In this document: positions 39,674-49,303 of the stretch, piece by piece
Numbering within the stretch: position 1 is the stretch's first letter
Layout: each line of letters opens with the position of its first letter
Origin: Promethearchaeota archaeon
GTDB taxonomy: Archaea; Asgardarchaeota; Lokiarchaeia; Sigyniarchaeales; SOKP01
Assembly (NCBI GenBank): GCA_019057795.1
Contig: JAHLWS010000078.1
Location: 138,857 to 202,856, forward strand
Reading direction: 5' to 3'
Length of the DNA: 64,000 nt
Notes under the pieces: model-generated
The model's input: the letters and a program-made list of their open reading frames with translations, nothing else
Told to the model about the DNA's origin: nothing
The model's database searches: none
Program-made: the position numbers and the translations under genes

Positions 39674-41050
39674 TTAATTAAACTCCCAGTCAGTCCAAGT
39701 TGGGGTCTGATACACTCCTGTTGCTATTTCAGAGGGGTAAATTGAGCCAAAGGAAGGTACTACGATTTTAGTTCCACCTGCTTGCCACTGACAAAATAGA
39801 GTATATCCATACGGATATCCTTCCAAGATATCGTGACTTTCTGTGAAAACAGCTAATCCACCTGCTCCTGCAAGAGGGTTTGCTGTTGTGATTGTTTCAA
39901 TTGTAGTGACAATTGTATCCGCGTTGAATGATTGTGCTTCGTCAAACGCCCAAGCATAAAGGTTTATAGCGTCGTAACTGCCTACTGCCGTATAAATTGG
40001 TTCATGATCATATTTTGCTATGTAAGCGTCCCAAAATGGGATGGATATATCAGTTTTATTTGTACGATGTAATGATTGTAATATGGTTTCAAATTCACAG
40101 TTACCATTAGAATCTGTCCAGAACGAATCTAATTGAGATTGAACATCGATACCAATTACAACAAATCCTGGTTCTTTTGCCTTATAAGAACTCATCATCA
40201 GTATACCACCTTGAGCAGAAATGACGGGAATTAATATTTGCGTTCCGTTATTTTGAATAAGGTCCATATAACCATCCATATCAGGTTGTAGTGTTGTGAT
40301 TGGATAAGCTACCTTAGCAACTACAGAAAATCCAAATTTGGGAAGATTTTCAACAAGCGCATCGACCAGAGGCTCTGTCCAATCTAAGTCTTCGTAGAGA
40401 ATACCAAATTTATATATCGGTTTGTCAGCATAAGCGGCACTTGATAATGCGCCAGCATAATATGCTAAAAAGGCAATAATTTCTGCCCCTAAAGAGGATG
40501 AGTTAATAGGCATATTTCTAAAGAAATATTTGTATCTATCGTAATCGTCAAGGACATTCTGGCAAAAACTATCAGTAGCAGCGCCTGTACCGATAAATGG
40601 AATAGAGGCATCCATGACTTCCTCTATATAGACTGCTAACGATTCAGTTCTGAATCCACCTAGAAGGAATTGGGCTCTCTTATAATTAATGATTCTTTCT
40701 GCGGCAGCAACTCCTTTGGTTACATCTAGATTAGGGTTAGATTCGTCAGTATCATCGGCTGTAATTCCAATGTAATAAGTTTTTCCGTCAACTTCAATAC
40801 CACCATCTTGGTTAATCTCGTACGCAGCCAAGATTGCGCCCTCTTTAGCGCCTTTTCCTTGAATGTCTGTCAATCCACCAAGTACGCCTATCCTAATGAT
40901 TTGATCTTCAGTTATGTCCGTTGGAGCACCAGGGCAATCTGCGGCAGTCCATTGGTACGGGGCAACTAATATAAATACAGTAACTCCAACACCGATACCA
41001 ATTACGGCGATGAGAACTATGGCTAAAATTCTTTTAGTTAATTTTTCCAT
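39674..41050 (-). CDS. livK: branched-chain amino acid ABC transporter substrate-binding protein
   Basis: N-terminal TM anchor, EINQDGGI, periplasmic binding fold; divergent from livHMGF. Confidence 0.85.
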   Translation of the reverse strand: MEKLTKRILAIVLIAVIGIGVGVTVFILVAPYQWTAADCPGAPTDITEDQIIRIGVLGGLTDIQGKGAKEGAILAAYEINQDGGIEVDGKTYYIGITADDTDESNPNLDVTKGVAAAERIINYKRAQFLLGGFRTESLAVYIEEVMDASIPFIGTGAATDSFCQNVLDDYDRYKYFFRNMPINSSSLGAEIIAFLAYYAGALSSAAYADKPIYKFGILYEDLDWTEPLVDALVENLPKFGFSVVAKVAYPITTLQPDMDGYMDLIQNNGTQILIPVISAQGGILMMSSYKAKEPGFVVIGIDVQSQLDSFWTDSNGNCEFETILQSLHRTNKTDISIPFWDAYIAKYDHEPIYTAVGSYDAINLYAWAFDEAQSFNADTIVTTIETITTANPLAGAGGLAVFTESHDILEGYPYGYTLFCQWQAGGTKIVVPSFGSIYPSEIATGVYQTPTWTDWEFN

Positions 41051-41320
41051 TTCATAATCACTTTTTTAGATAAATTTTTGTTTAACACTATCTAATTCAG
41101 ATAAACATATATTTAAAGATTTAGAATTTTTTCATTAACACTAATCAATATTTGAGAAATAAACAATCTTCAATTTTGTCCAAATTAAATATGAATAAGT
41201 TTTTTAAATAATGAAGTCAAATTATTTTTAATATAATTTATTATTTGTATTAGATAATTGACTATTAAGTAAATATTGAATGATATTTTATTTAGCTAAA
41301 ATTAATGGTGTTGATTTTAA

Positions 41321-42190
41321 TTGAGTGATGTTATATTAGATTTTTTGATATTCGGAACGATTCAAGGTTCAATTTATGCTTTGCTTGCTATTGGATTTTC
41401 TTTAGTATATGGCGTAGGGGGAATACTAAACCAAGCTCATGGAGCATTTTACGTAATAACCATGTACTTATTTTATTGGTTTTATATTAATTTTGCTGGT
41501 TTTGGCTTATTTGTAGGAATGATTGTTGGAATAATTGTATGTACTATTGTTGGAGGGTTGATTTATTTACTTCTTATTAAACCGATAAAAGATAGTCATG
41601 TAGGAGTGGTTATTGTAACATTTGCATTTGCTTTCTTTATTGAGCAATTTGTAAAAGTTACTGTTGATTCAATTTATCACGATATGCCTCCTCTCATACC
41701 AGGATCTATTGAAATTTTTGGAGTCAGTATCTATAATCATTATATTTTAATAGTAATAGCATCACTTTCAGTAATTACATTAGTTATCTTATTTATTAAT
41801 AAATCAAAGATCGGTAAGTCAATACGAGCAGTAGCTCAGGACGCAGAAGCAGCATCGCTGATGGGGATTAATGTCGATAGAATTCTTACCTATGCTCTTA
41901 TGATTTCTGCTTTTCTCGCTGCTGTTGCGGCTGTACTAAATGTTCCAGTTGATATTGTTGCCCCCCATATAGGATGGTCAATTCTTCTAAATTCATTTGC
42001 CATTGTAGTATTGGGCGGTTTAGGTAGCTTACATGGTAGCGTAGTAGGAGCTTTTATTATAGCATATGCAAGAAGTTATACAAATTATTTTCTTAGTCCT
42101 GTGTTAAGTGCTCTGATACCAATTATAGTAATTGTTGTAATGCTTGTATTAAGACCTAGAGGTTTATTTGGGAAAAAAGAGATAGATTAA
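41321..42190 (+). CDS. livH: branched-chain amino acid ABC permease
   Basis: GSIYALLAIGFSLVYG, GKSIRAVAQD..AA.LMGI, LGGLGS. Confidence 0.9.
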   Translation: MSDVILDFLIFGTIQGSIYALLAIGFSLVYGVGGILNQAHGAFYVITMYLFYWFYINFAGFGLFVGMIVGIIVCTIVGGLIYLLLIKPIKDSHVGVVIVTFAFAFFIEQFVKVTVDSIYHDMPPLIPGSIEIFGVSIYNHYILIVIASLSVITLVILFINKSKIGKSIRAVAQDAEAASLMGINVDRILTYALMISAFLAAVAAVLNVPVDIVAPHIGWSILLNSFAIVVLGGLGSLHGSVVGAFIIAYARSYTNYFLSPVLSALIPIIVIVVMLVLRPRGLFGKKEID

Positions 42191-42216
42191 TTAGAAAAAA
42201 ATAGAGTTTAAAAAAG

Positions 42217-43248
42217 GTGATAAAAATAGTAAAAAAATTAGAAGAAAAAATCTCTGGCTTTCCAAGCTACATGAGAGATTGGATTAAGACTTTTAGAGGT
42301 AAAATAACCATAGTTTGTCTTATATTATTAAGTCTTATTCCTTTATTAACTCAAAATCCTTATTTTATTGGAATCTTTTTAACGTTTATGATCTATACGA
42401 TTTTCGCTGCGAGTTGGGATTTTTTAGCTGGTTTTGTTGGACAAATTAGTTTTGGACACGCTATTTTCTTAGGGATATCAGGTTATGTTACAGCTTATAC
42501 TATTGTTAATTTCAATCTTGCATGGTGGCTTGCACTTTTAATTGGGGCAACAATAGCAGTGCTGTTTGGTTTAATTATTGGGATTCCAGCTTTAAGATTG
42601 AAAGGTCCTTATTTAGCTTTAGGAACGCTAGCTATGAGTTTAATATTATTTCAGGTTTTTATAATGGGGACTTTATCCAGATGGTGGGAAGGAACAATTG
42701 GAACAGAATTATTCGGAACTGATGGCATATCTCAAGTTCCCTCTATCTCTCAGATTCCTGCTATTGAATATTTTATCACCTTTTTGATAATGTGTATATC
42801 TTTATTAATTTTAACTCATATCACAAAATCAAATACAGGCACGATTTTTAAATCTATTCGTGATGATGAAATAGGAGCAGAGGCTTCGGGGATTAATCTT
42901 GCGAAATATAAAGTTTATGCATTCATGATAAGCGGTTTTTTCGCAGGTATAGCTGGTGGTCTTTTTGTAATGCGTTTTAGAGGTGTAAATCCAGGGATTT
43001 TTCAACCGTTATACTCCTTTTACGCGATTATCATTGTAGCTGTTGGTGGAATAGCTACAATTTCTGGATCTGCTATTGGTGCTTTTATTTTCGTATTTTC
43101 GGGAGAACTTCTAAGAGAAACATTAGATCTTTCATTATTGATTTTTAGCATCATATTAATATTATTCGTGAGATTTGCAGAACACGGAGTTTTAAAACCC
43201 GCACTAGAGCGTATTCAAGAAATGTGGGATATTCTATTAGGAAGATAA
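42217..43248 (+). CDS. livM: branched-chain amino acid ABC permease
   Basis: GQISFGHA, LRLKGPYLAL, IRDDEIGAEASGIN. Confidence 0.9.
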   Translation: MIKIVKKLEEKISGFPSYMRDWIKTFRGKITIVCLILLSLIPLLTQNPYFIGIFLTFMIYTIFAASWDFLAGFVGQISFGHAIFLGISGYVTAYTIVNFNLAWWLALLIGATIAVLFGLIIGIPALRLKGPYLALGTLAMSLILFQVFIMGTLSRWWEGTIGTELFGTDGISQVPSISQIPAIEYFITFLIMCISLLILTHITKSNTGTIFKSIRDDEIGAEASGINLAKYKVYAFMISGFFAGIAGGLFVMRFRGVNPGIFQPLYSFYAIIIVAVGGIATISGSAIGAFIFVFSGELLRETLDLSLLIFSIILILFVRFAEHGVLKPALERIQEMWDILLGR

Positions 43249-43278
43249 TGTTAATAAAATAATATGTAAAATTTTAAT

Positions 43279-44037
43279 TTGGAGATTTTTAAAATGGGAG
43301 TGATTTTAGAATTAAAAAATTTAACAAAAAAATTTAGTGGTTTGACAGCTGTTAACGATTTTAGTTTTGAAGTAAGCCGGGGAGAATTTACAGGCTTAAT
43401 AGGTCCAAATGGCGCTGGAAAAACTACATTATTTAACTTAATCTCAGGACATGAAAAACCTAATTCTGGAACAATTAGGTTTGATGGGCGTGATATTACG
43501 GGGATGAAACCTCATAAAATTGTAAATTTGGGGATCGCTAGAACTTTTCAACTTGTAAGATCGTTTCGATTTATGACACTTTTAGATAACATTGCAGTAT
43601 CTTGCCTTTCACCAAGAGGTAAAAAAGTAGCTAAAGAATATGGGATAGACGAATACGCGAGTTCTATTTTAGCTGCAGTTGGCCTCGTCGACAAAGCAAG
43701 AATACCTCCCATAATATTACCTCATGGTGATTTGAGAAAATTGCAAATAGGAAAAGCATTAGGCACTAATCCTCAATTACTTCTTTTAGATGAGCCATTT
43801 AGTGGGCTTTCTCACGAAGAACAAAAGGGTATAACAGATTTGATAATAAGATTGCATGATGATGGAGTAACTGTTTTTATGACAGGACATGTTTTACGAG
43901 AACTAATGCACCTAGTGCCTAGAGTCGTTGCTATGCACCAAGGTAAATATATTACCGAAGGTCCTCCACAAGAGGTTGCAAACAATAAGATTGTGTTAGA
44001 AGCGTATTTAGGAAAAGGAAGTGAACAACTTGCTTGA
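43279..44037 (+). CDS. livG: branched-chain amino acid ABC ATPase
   Basis: GPNGAGKTT, GIARTFQ, LLLDEP; likely start ATG 43294. Confidence 0.9.
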   Translation: MEIFKMGVILELKNLTKKFSGLTAVNDFSFEVSRGEFTGLIGPNGAGKTTLFNLISGHEKPNSGTIRFDGRDITGMKPHKIVNLGIARTFQLVRSFRFMTLLDNIAVSCLSPRGKKVAKEYGIDEYASSILAAVGLVDKARIPPIILPHGDLRKLQIGKALGTNPQLLLLDEPFSGLSHEEQKGITDLIIRLHDDGVTVFMTGHVLRELMHLVPRVVAMHQGKYITEGPPQEVANNKIVLEAYLGKGSEQLA

Positions 44038-44734
44038 AATGAGAAAAATTTATCATTATTATGGAAAAGCTAGAGCTCTCGAAGAGATTAACTTAACGAT
44101 AGAAGAGGGAGTTCTAGATGCCGTTATCGGTCCTAACGGAGCGGGAAAATCAACTCTTCTCAGAGTTATATCTGGATTAGAAGAACCAGATAGAGGAAAA
44201 ATTGAATTTTTGGGAGAAAGAATTGACGGCTTAAAAGCTCATAAAATCGCCAAAAAAGGAATAGCTCATTGTCCCGAGCGTCGTCGCTTATTTTATGATA
44301 TGAGCGTAATGGAAAACTTGGAAATGGGGGCATATGCTTTAAAAAATAAAAAAAAGTTTCACGATTTATTAGATTTTGTATTTGAAGTTTTCCCTCGCCT
44401 TAAAGAAAGGAGAAAACAAAGAGCAGGAACGTTAAGTGGAGGCGAACAACAGATGCTCGCAATCGGTCGTGCAATTATGGCAAATCCAAAATTACTTTTA
44501 TTAGATGAACCTTCATTGGGTTTAGCTCCTAAAATAAAGGATAGAATATTTGAAGCAGTAAATAAGATTAAAAAAGAGGGGACTACAACCTTATTAGTTG
44601 AACAAGATGCCATATTAGCAATGGAAGTTGGTGAAAACATACATCTATTGGAAGAAGGCAAAATAGAAATGAGGGGCACAAAAGAACAGTTAGAAAAAGA
44701 ACCTCGAATTAAAAAAGTATATCTAGGAATATAG
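44021..44734 (+). CDS. livF: branched-chain amino acid ABC ATPase
   Basis: GPNGAGKST, FPRLKER, LSGGEQQMLAIGRA, LLDEPSLGLAP. Confidence 0.92.
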   Translation: MNNLLEMRKIYHYYGKARALEEINLTIEEGVLDAVIGPNGAGKSTLLRVISGLEEPDRGKIEFLGERIDGLKAHKIAKKGIAHCPERRRLFYDMSVMENLEMGAYALKNKKKFHDLLDFVFEVFPRLKERRKQRAGTLSGGEQQMLAIGRAIMANPKLLLLDEPSLGLAPKIKDRIFEAVNKIKKEGTTTLLVEQDAILAMEVGENIHLLEEGKIEMRGTKEQLEKEPRIKKVYLGI

Positions 44735-44745
44735 GGTGATAAAAA

Positions 44746-46092
44746 ATGTCAGCTTCTTTAGAACGATTGTTAAGGGATGCAAGAATTGATTTAGTTTTAT
44801 CAAGAATTGAAAAAGATTCATCCGTTATTGGTGAAGTAATAAAAAATATGGATAGTGAAATCCGTTCTATCAGGTTTAATTCAATATTTGTGTTAGGTGA
44901 AATAGGAGAGAAATCTGGCGAAAATGCAGTACTTAAAATAACTGAATACCTAGATGATGATGATTGGAGTATCCGTCGAGAAGCAGTAAGATCTTTAGGA
45001 AAAATTGGAAAACTTGCTGAATCCGCAGTACTAAAATTGTCTAAATATTCTTCTGATAATGAAGCCTCTATCAGAACTGCCGTAGTTACTTCACTTGGAA
45101 AAATTGGTAAAGCTACGAACGAATCTCTAAATTCTCTTAAAAACGCGCTAAAAGATGAAAGCGAAGAGGTGCGTACTAAAGCAGCTAACGCCTTAGGTTT
45201 ATTGGGATCTGAAGCTTTCGAGGTTATCTCCGATTTAATGAGTAGTATTAGCGATCCAAGTTGGGCTGTTAGAACCGCTTCAGCACGAGCAATGAGTGGT
45301 ATTGGAAGAGGTACAATTAAAGCAATTCCTACATTGATAAGCGCACTTGATGACAAGGATTGGAGGGTTAGGTATCATATTGTTAATACACTTACTCAAA
45401 TTGGTGAAGCGTCTGTTTCTCATCTACTAAATACTTTAAACCATAAAAACAGAGTTGTTAGAAAATGTATAGTTGAAAGTTTAGGAGAATTAAATATAAA
45501 AAGTCCAGAAATAATTGAAAATATAGCGATAAAACTAAAAGATAAGAAGGAAGAAGTCAGAGGAAAAGCAGCCGATTCTTTACGGAGCTTAGGTAAAGAA
45601 GCCGTTCCTGCTTTAACTAACGCGCTTCAAAATGCTAATAAAAAGATGAAAATCGTCATAATTTCCGCGATTGGAGGGATTGGATTAGATGCCATTGAGG
45701 CAATCCCTCATTTGATAACTTCATTAAAAGGTGAAAAAACTTTAGTACGCGTAGAAGCAGCTCGAAATCTAGGCGCAATTGGTAAAGATTCAGAGGAAAC
45801 GTTAGTAGCTTTAGAAGAAGCCTTGAACGATAACAAAACTATTGTAAGGAGAGAAGCTGCTCTTTCGTTAGGTAAAATTGGAACTATTTCGGAGAAAGCT
45901 ATTCCTTCTTTATTAAGAGCTTTAGATGATAAAAAACCAGATGTTAGATGGAGAGCGTCTGAAGCCTTAGGAAAAATTAAAATAAACAAGCCTGAGGTAA
46001 TTTCAGCTTTAAAAAACCTAATTCATGACGAATGCGATTATGTTTGCGAATCCGCTGATTTCGCAATAGATAACATTACAGAAAATATTTAA
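44746..46092 (+). CDS. HEAT/PBS-lyase repeat protein
   Basis: Many L.D....VR..AA..LG.IG repeats. Confidence 0.9.
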   Translation: MSASLERLLRDARIDLVLSRIEKDSSVIGEVIKNMDSEIRSIRFNSIFVLGEIGEKSGENAVLKITEYLDDDDWSIRREAVRSLGKIGKLAESAVLKLSKYSSDNEASIRTAVVTSLGKIGKATNESLNSLKNALKDESEEVRTKAANALGLLGSEAFEVISDLMSSISDPSWAVRTASARAMSGIGRGTIKAIPTLISALDDKDWRVRYHIVNTLTQIGEASVSHLLNTLNHKNRVVRKCIVESLGELNIKSPEIIENIAIKLKDKKEEVRGKAADSLRSLGKEAVPALTNALQNANKKMKIVIISAIGGIGLDAIEAIPHLITSLKGEKTLVRVEAARNLGAIGKDSEETLVALEEALNDNKTIVRREAALSLGKIGTISEKAIPSLLRALDDKKPDVRWRASEALGKIKINKPEVISALKNLIHDECDYVCESADFAIDNITENI

Positions 46093-46172
46093 ATTCTTAC
46101 TCATTTTCTTTCAAAAATAAATTAAAATGAAAGGATGTAAAATTAATATAATTAAAATAGAAGGTTTGAAAA

Positions 46173-47858
46173 ATGAGTGAAAACCCTTATGCAAAAAAAC
46201 CTTGGTTGGAACATTACGACGAGAATGTACCCCATCATATAGATTATCCTAATATGAATATCTACGAATTTTTAGATAATTCTGCAAAGGATTTTGGCGG
46301 TCGAACTGCAATTTGGTTTATGAAAAACAAGGTCACATATAAAAAGTTCAAAGATATTGCTGATAGACTCGCAACTGCTCTCGTTAATTTAGGAGTTAAA
46401 AGAGGAGATATCGTAGCAATTATGATTCCAAACTTCCCCCAATTTATTTTCAGTTATTACGCTATATTAAAAGCAGGCGGAATTGTTACGGCTTGTAGCG
46501 TACTCCACACTGAACACGAATTGGCTTATCAGCTTAATGACTCTGGAGCAGAGATCCTAATAGCTTGGGACAACCAAGTTGACAAAATTAATAAAATAAG
46601 AGATAGAACCCGGTTGAGACATGTTATAATAACAAATGTTTTTGATTATACAATGATGGCGCCAAGAAACCCACCTGAGATCGCTGGAACGATGCAGTTT
46701 ATAAATTTAATTAATAAGACAAAACCTAATCCCCCAAAATTCGAAATAAATGCTAAGGAAGATATTGCGTGTTTACAATATACGGGAGGTACAACTGGAT
46801 TACCTAAAGGTGCAATGCTTACCCATAGTAATATAGTCTCCAATTGCATAGCAACTCACAAGTGGTTAGGTGCGGAAGTAAAAAGAGGTAAAGATACTGG
46901 GCTTACCAATTTACCCCTCTTCCATATATATGGTCAAACGGTATGTATGAATATCTTGATTTATAATGGCTCAACCATCGCTTTAAATCCAGACCCCCGC
47001 GATCAAAAGTCTTTATTCGAATTAATTAAAGCTACTCGTCCATCAATGTTTCCAGGGGTACCAACAATGTACATGCGTTTGTTAGAACGAGACGACTTAG
47101 AAGATTATGCAAAAGATCTTAAATCTATAAGAATTTGTAATACTGGAGCAGCACCGATGCCCCCAGAGGTTCTTAAGGAATTTGAAGAGAGGACAGGCGG
47201 TAAAATTATCGAGGGTTACGGACTGACAGAGACGTCACCGGTTGCTACTAGTAATCCTATTCAAGGAGAAAGGAAGATAGGTTCTGTTGGAATGCCAATT
47301 CCTGATACGGAACTAAAAATCGTAGATATTGACGATTATACCAAAATTATACCTCTTGGCGAATCGGGTGAAATTATGATAAAAGGACCTCAAGTTATGA
47401 AAGGTTATTGGAACAAGCCTGAAGAAACTGCTGGTCAAATAAAGGGTGAATGGCTTCTAACAGGAGATATCGCGAAAATGGACGAAGATGGCTATTTCTT
47501 TATAGTTGATAGGAAGAAGGATATGATAAATGTTAGCGGTTTTAAAGTTTACCCGAGAGAATTGGAAGATGTATTATTTGAACACGAAGCTATTGAAAAT
47601 GCTGCCGTAATTGGGCTTCCTAATCCGGATATACCCGGTAGTGAAAAAGTAAAGGCGTTTATCGTTCTTAAGGATGGATATAAAGAAAGTGAAGAAATGG
47701 AAGCTGAAATAAAGGAATTCTGTAGACAAACTGTCGCTCCTTATAAAGTTCCTAAATTTATAGAATTTAGAAAAGAACTTCCCGAAACCCTTATTGGTAA
47801 AGTTTTAAGAAAGGAACTCAAAGAAATTGAAGCCAGAAGGCGTGGAGAAGAAGTTTAA
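46173..47858 (+). CDS. long-chain fatty acid--CoA ligase
   Basis: YTGGTTGLPKG, EGYGLTE, GPQVMKGYW, TGD, VDRKKDMI. Confidence 0.92.
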   Translation: MSENPYAKKPWLEHYDENVPHHIDYPNMNIYEFLDNSAKDFGGRTAIWFMKNKVTYKKFKDIADRLATALVNLGVKRGDIVAIMIPNFPQFIFSYYAILKAGGIVTACSVLHTEHELAYQLNDSGAEILIAWDNQVDKINKIRDRTRLRHVIITNVFDYTMMAPRNPPEIAGTMQFINLINKTKPNPPKFEINAKEDIACLQYTGGTTGLPKGAMLTHSNIVSNCIATHKWLGAEVKRGKDTGLTNLPLFHIYGQTVCMNILIYNGSTIALNPDPRDQKSLFELIKATRPSMFPGVPTMYMRLLERDDLEDYAKDLKSIRICNTGAAPMPPEVLKEFEERTGGKIIEGYGLTETSPVATSNPIQGERKIGSVGMPIPDTELKIVDIDDYTKIIPLGESGEIMIKGPQVMKGYWNKPEETAGQIKGEWLLTGDIAKMDEDGYFFIVDRKKDMINVSGFKVYPRELEDVLFEHEAIENAAVIGLPNPDIPGSEKVKAFIVLKDGYKESEEMEAEIKEFCRQTVAPYKVPKFIEFRKELPETLIGKVLRKELKEIEARRRGEEV

Positions 47859-47954
47859 TCTGAGATATTACCCAACTCTTACATTTTATAACTATTTTTA
47901 TTTTAACAATTTATTTTTTAATTAAACCAATTTTTTCATTTCTACTCTTATATT

Positions 47955-48545
47955 ATGAATGTAGACGAAATACTTTCAGCTGTAAGAACTTTCGCATATA
48001 ATAATTCTGAAAATGACGATCTCCATGGTTTTAAACATGTTGAGCGAGTACTTAATTTATGTGTGCAAATAGGGACTGCTTTAAATGCGAATTTATTAGC
48101 AATTAAAATAGCTGCCTTACTTCACGATGTTGGTAGAATTCATGAGAAAAAAAATGCTGCAAAGAATCACGCTGAGTTATCCGCTGAAATGGCTGAAAAA
48201 TTTTTACAAAAAACTAACTTCAATATTAACATTGACGATATTGAAAATATTATTCACAGCATTCGAGCGCATTCTTTTTCGAATAAAATAAAACCTACAA
48301 CTCTTGAAGCAAAAATATTGTCGGACGCAGATAAACTAGACACGCTTGGAGCAATAGGTTTATACAGGACAATTATATATTCATTTAAATTGAAAAATGG
48401 TGGAATAGAGAAAGTAATTGAACATTTAGAAAAAAAAATAATAAAATTAAAAGATCGAATGTATTTAGACATTTCAAAAGAAATAGCAAAAGAAAGACAG
48501 AAAATTATCTTAGATTTTTATTATGAAATAAAAAAGGAAGTGTAA
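47955..48545 (+). CDS. HD-domain phosphohydrolase (host gene of cassette 3)
   Basis: HGFKHVERV, LLHDVG, HAELSA, SDADKLD..GAIG. Confidence 0.9.
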   Translation: MNVDEILSAVRTFAYNNSENDDLHGFKHVERVLNLCVQIGTALNANLLAIKIAALLHDVGRIHEKKNAAKNHAELSAEMAEKFLQKTNFNINIDDIENIIHSIRAHSFSNKIKPTTLEAKILSDADKLDTLGAIGLYRTIIYSFKLKNGGIEKVIEHLEKKIIKLKDRMYLDISKEIAKERQKIILDFYYEIKKEV

Positions 48546-48691
48546 TATCTAAATTTTTATACTTTTTTGAAAACCACCTTCATTTTTCTTTCCTTTCAAG
48601 TCCTATATTCGAACATAAAACTTCTTGTCACAATTTGTTCTTTAAATATAACTATCATAATTAGGTAGTAAAAGAATTATGATAATAAATT

Positions 48692-49303
48692 ATGACAAAC
48701 TATATTGAAGATTCTTATATTGGATCAGAATATGATGATATTTTTAATGATTGGTATGAAATTGAGGGCGCAAGAAAAATAAAGGAACTTTCACGCCAAC
48801 TCCGAACTTTTTTCAATTATAAGGCTGAAGTAATAAGATATCGATTTCGACCCAGTCCGAATCTTGCCGAAAATGATACAAACACTAAATATTACAGTCG
48901 AAAGCAAGAAACTGAATCATTAACTCGTGAATTCATAATCTTGTTAAAAAAGCTTAAGAAAAATGGACAAACACTTGAGCAAGGGATTCAATCTCTCTTT
49001 ATTTTCAATGATAAAGCACATTTTAATAAACTTTCAGCCATAACTGAGAAATTATCCATGTTACTTCACTATTTTTCAGAAGAAAGCCTTTACATTCATC
49101 CTAAATTTCTCAAATTTAGCGTGACATTAGCACAACACCTTTGTTTAGTGAAAAAATGCTTGAATGCGCAATTTAGCGAATTTTTTGAGGAACTTGAAAT
49201 AAATTACAACAATTTAGAAGAAGAACTTGAAGACTTAATCGAAATCACGCCAATTAAGAAGCAAAAATTAAAAAAGCAACTTGAGGAGAGATTAACTTCA
49301 TGA
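48692..49303 (+). CDS. cassette ORF A
   Basis: Paralogue of 15399-16013 and 34112-34720; ATGA overlap with ORF B. Confidence 0.85.
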   Translation: MTNYIEDSYIGSEYDDIFNDWYEIEGARKIKELSRQLRTFFNYKAEVIRYRFRPSPNLAENDTNTKYYSRKQETESLTREFIILLKKLKKNGQTLEQGIQSLFIFNDKAHFNKLSAITEKLSMLLHYFSEESLYIHPKFLKFSVTLAQHLCLVKKCLNAQFSEFFEELEINYNNLEEELEDLIEITPIKKQKLKKQLEERLTS

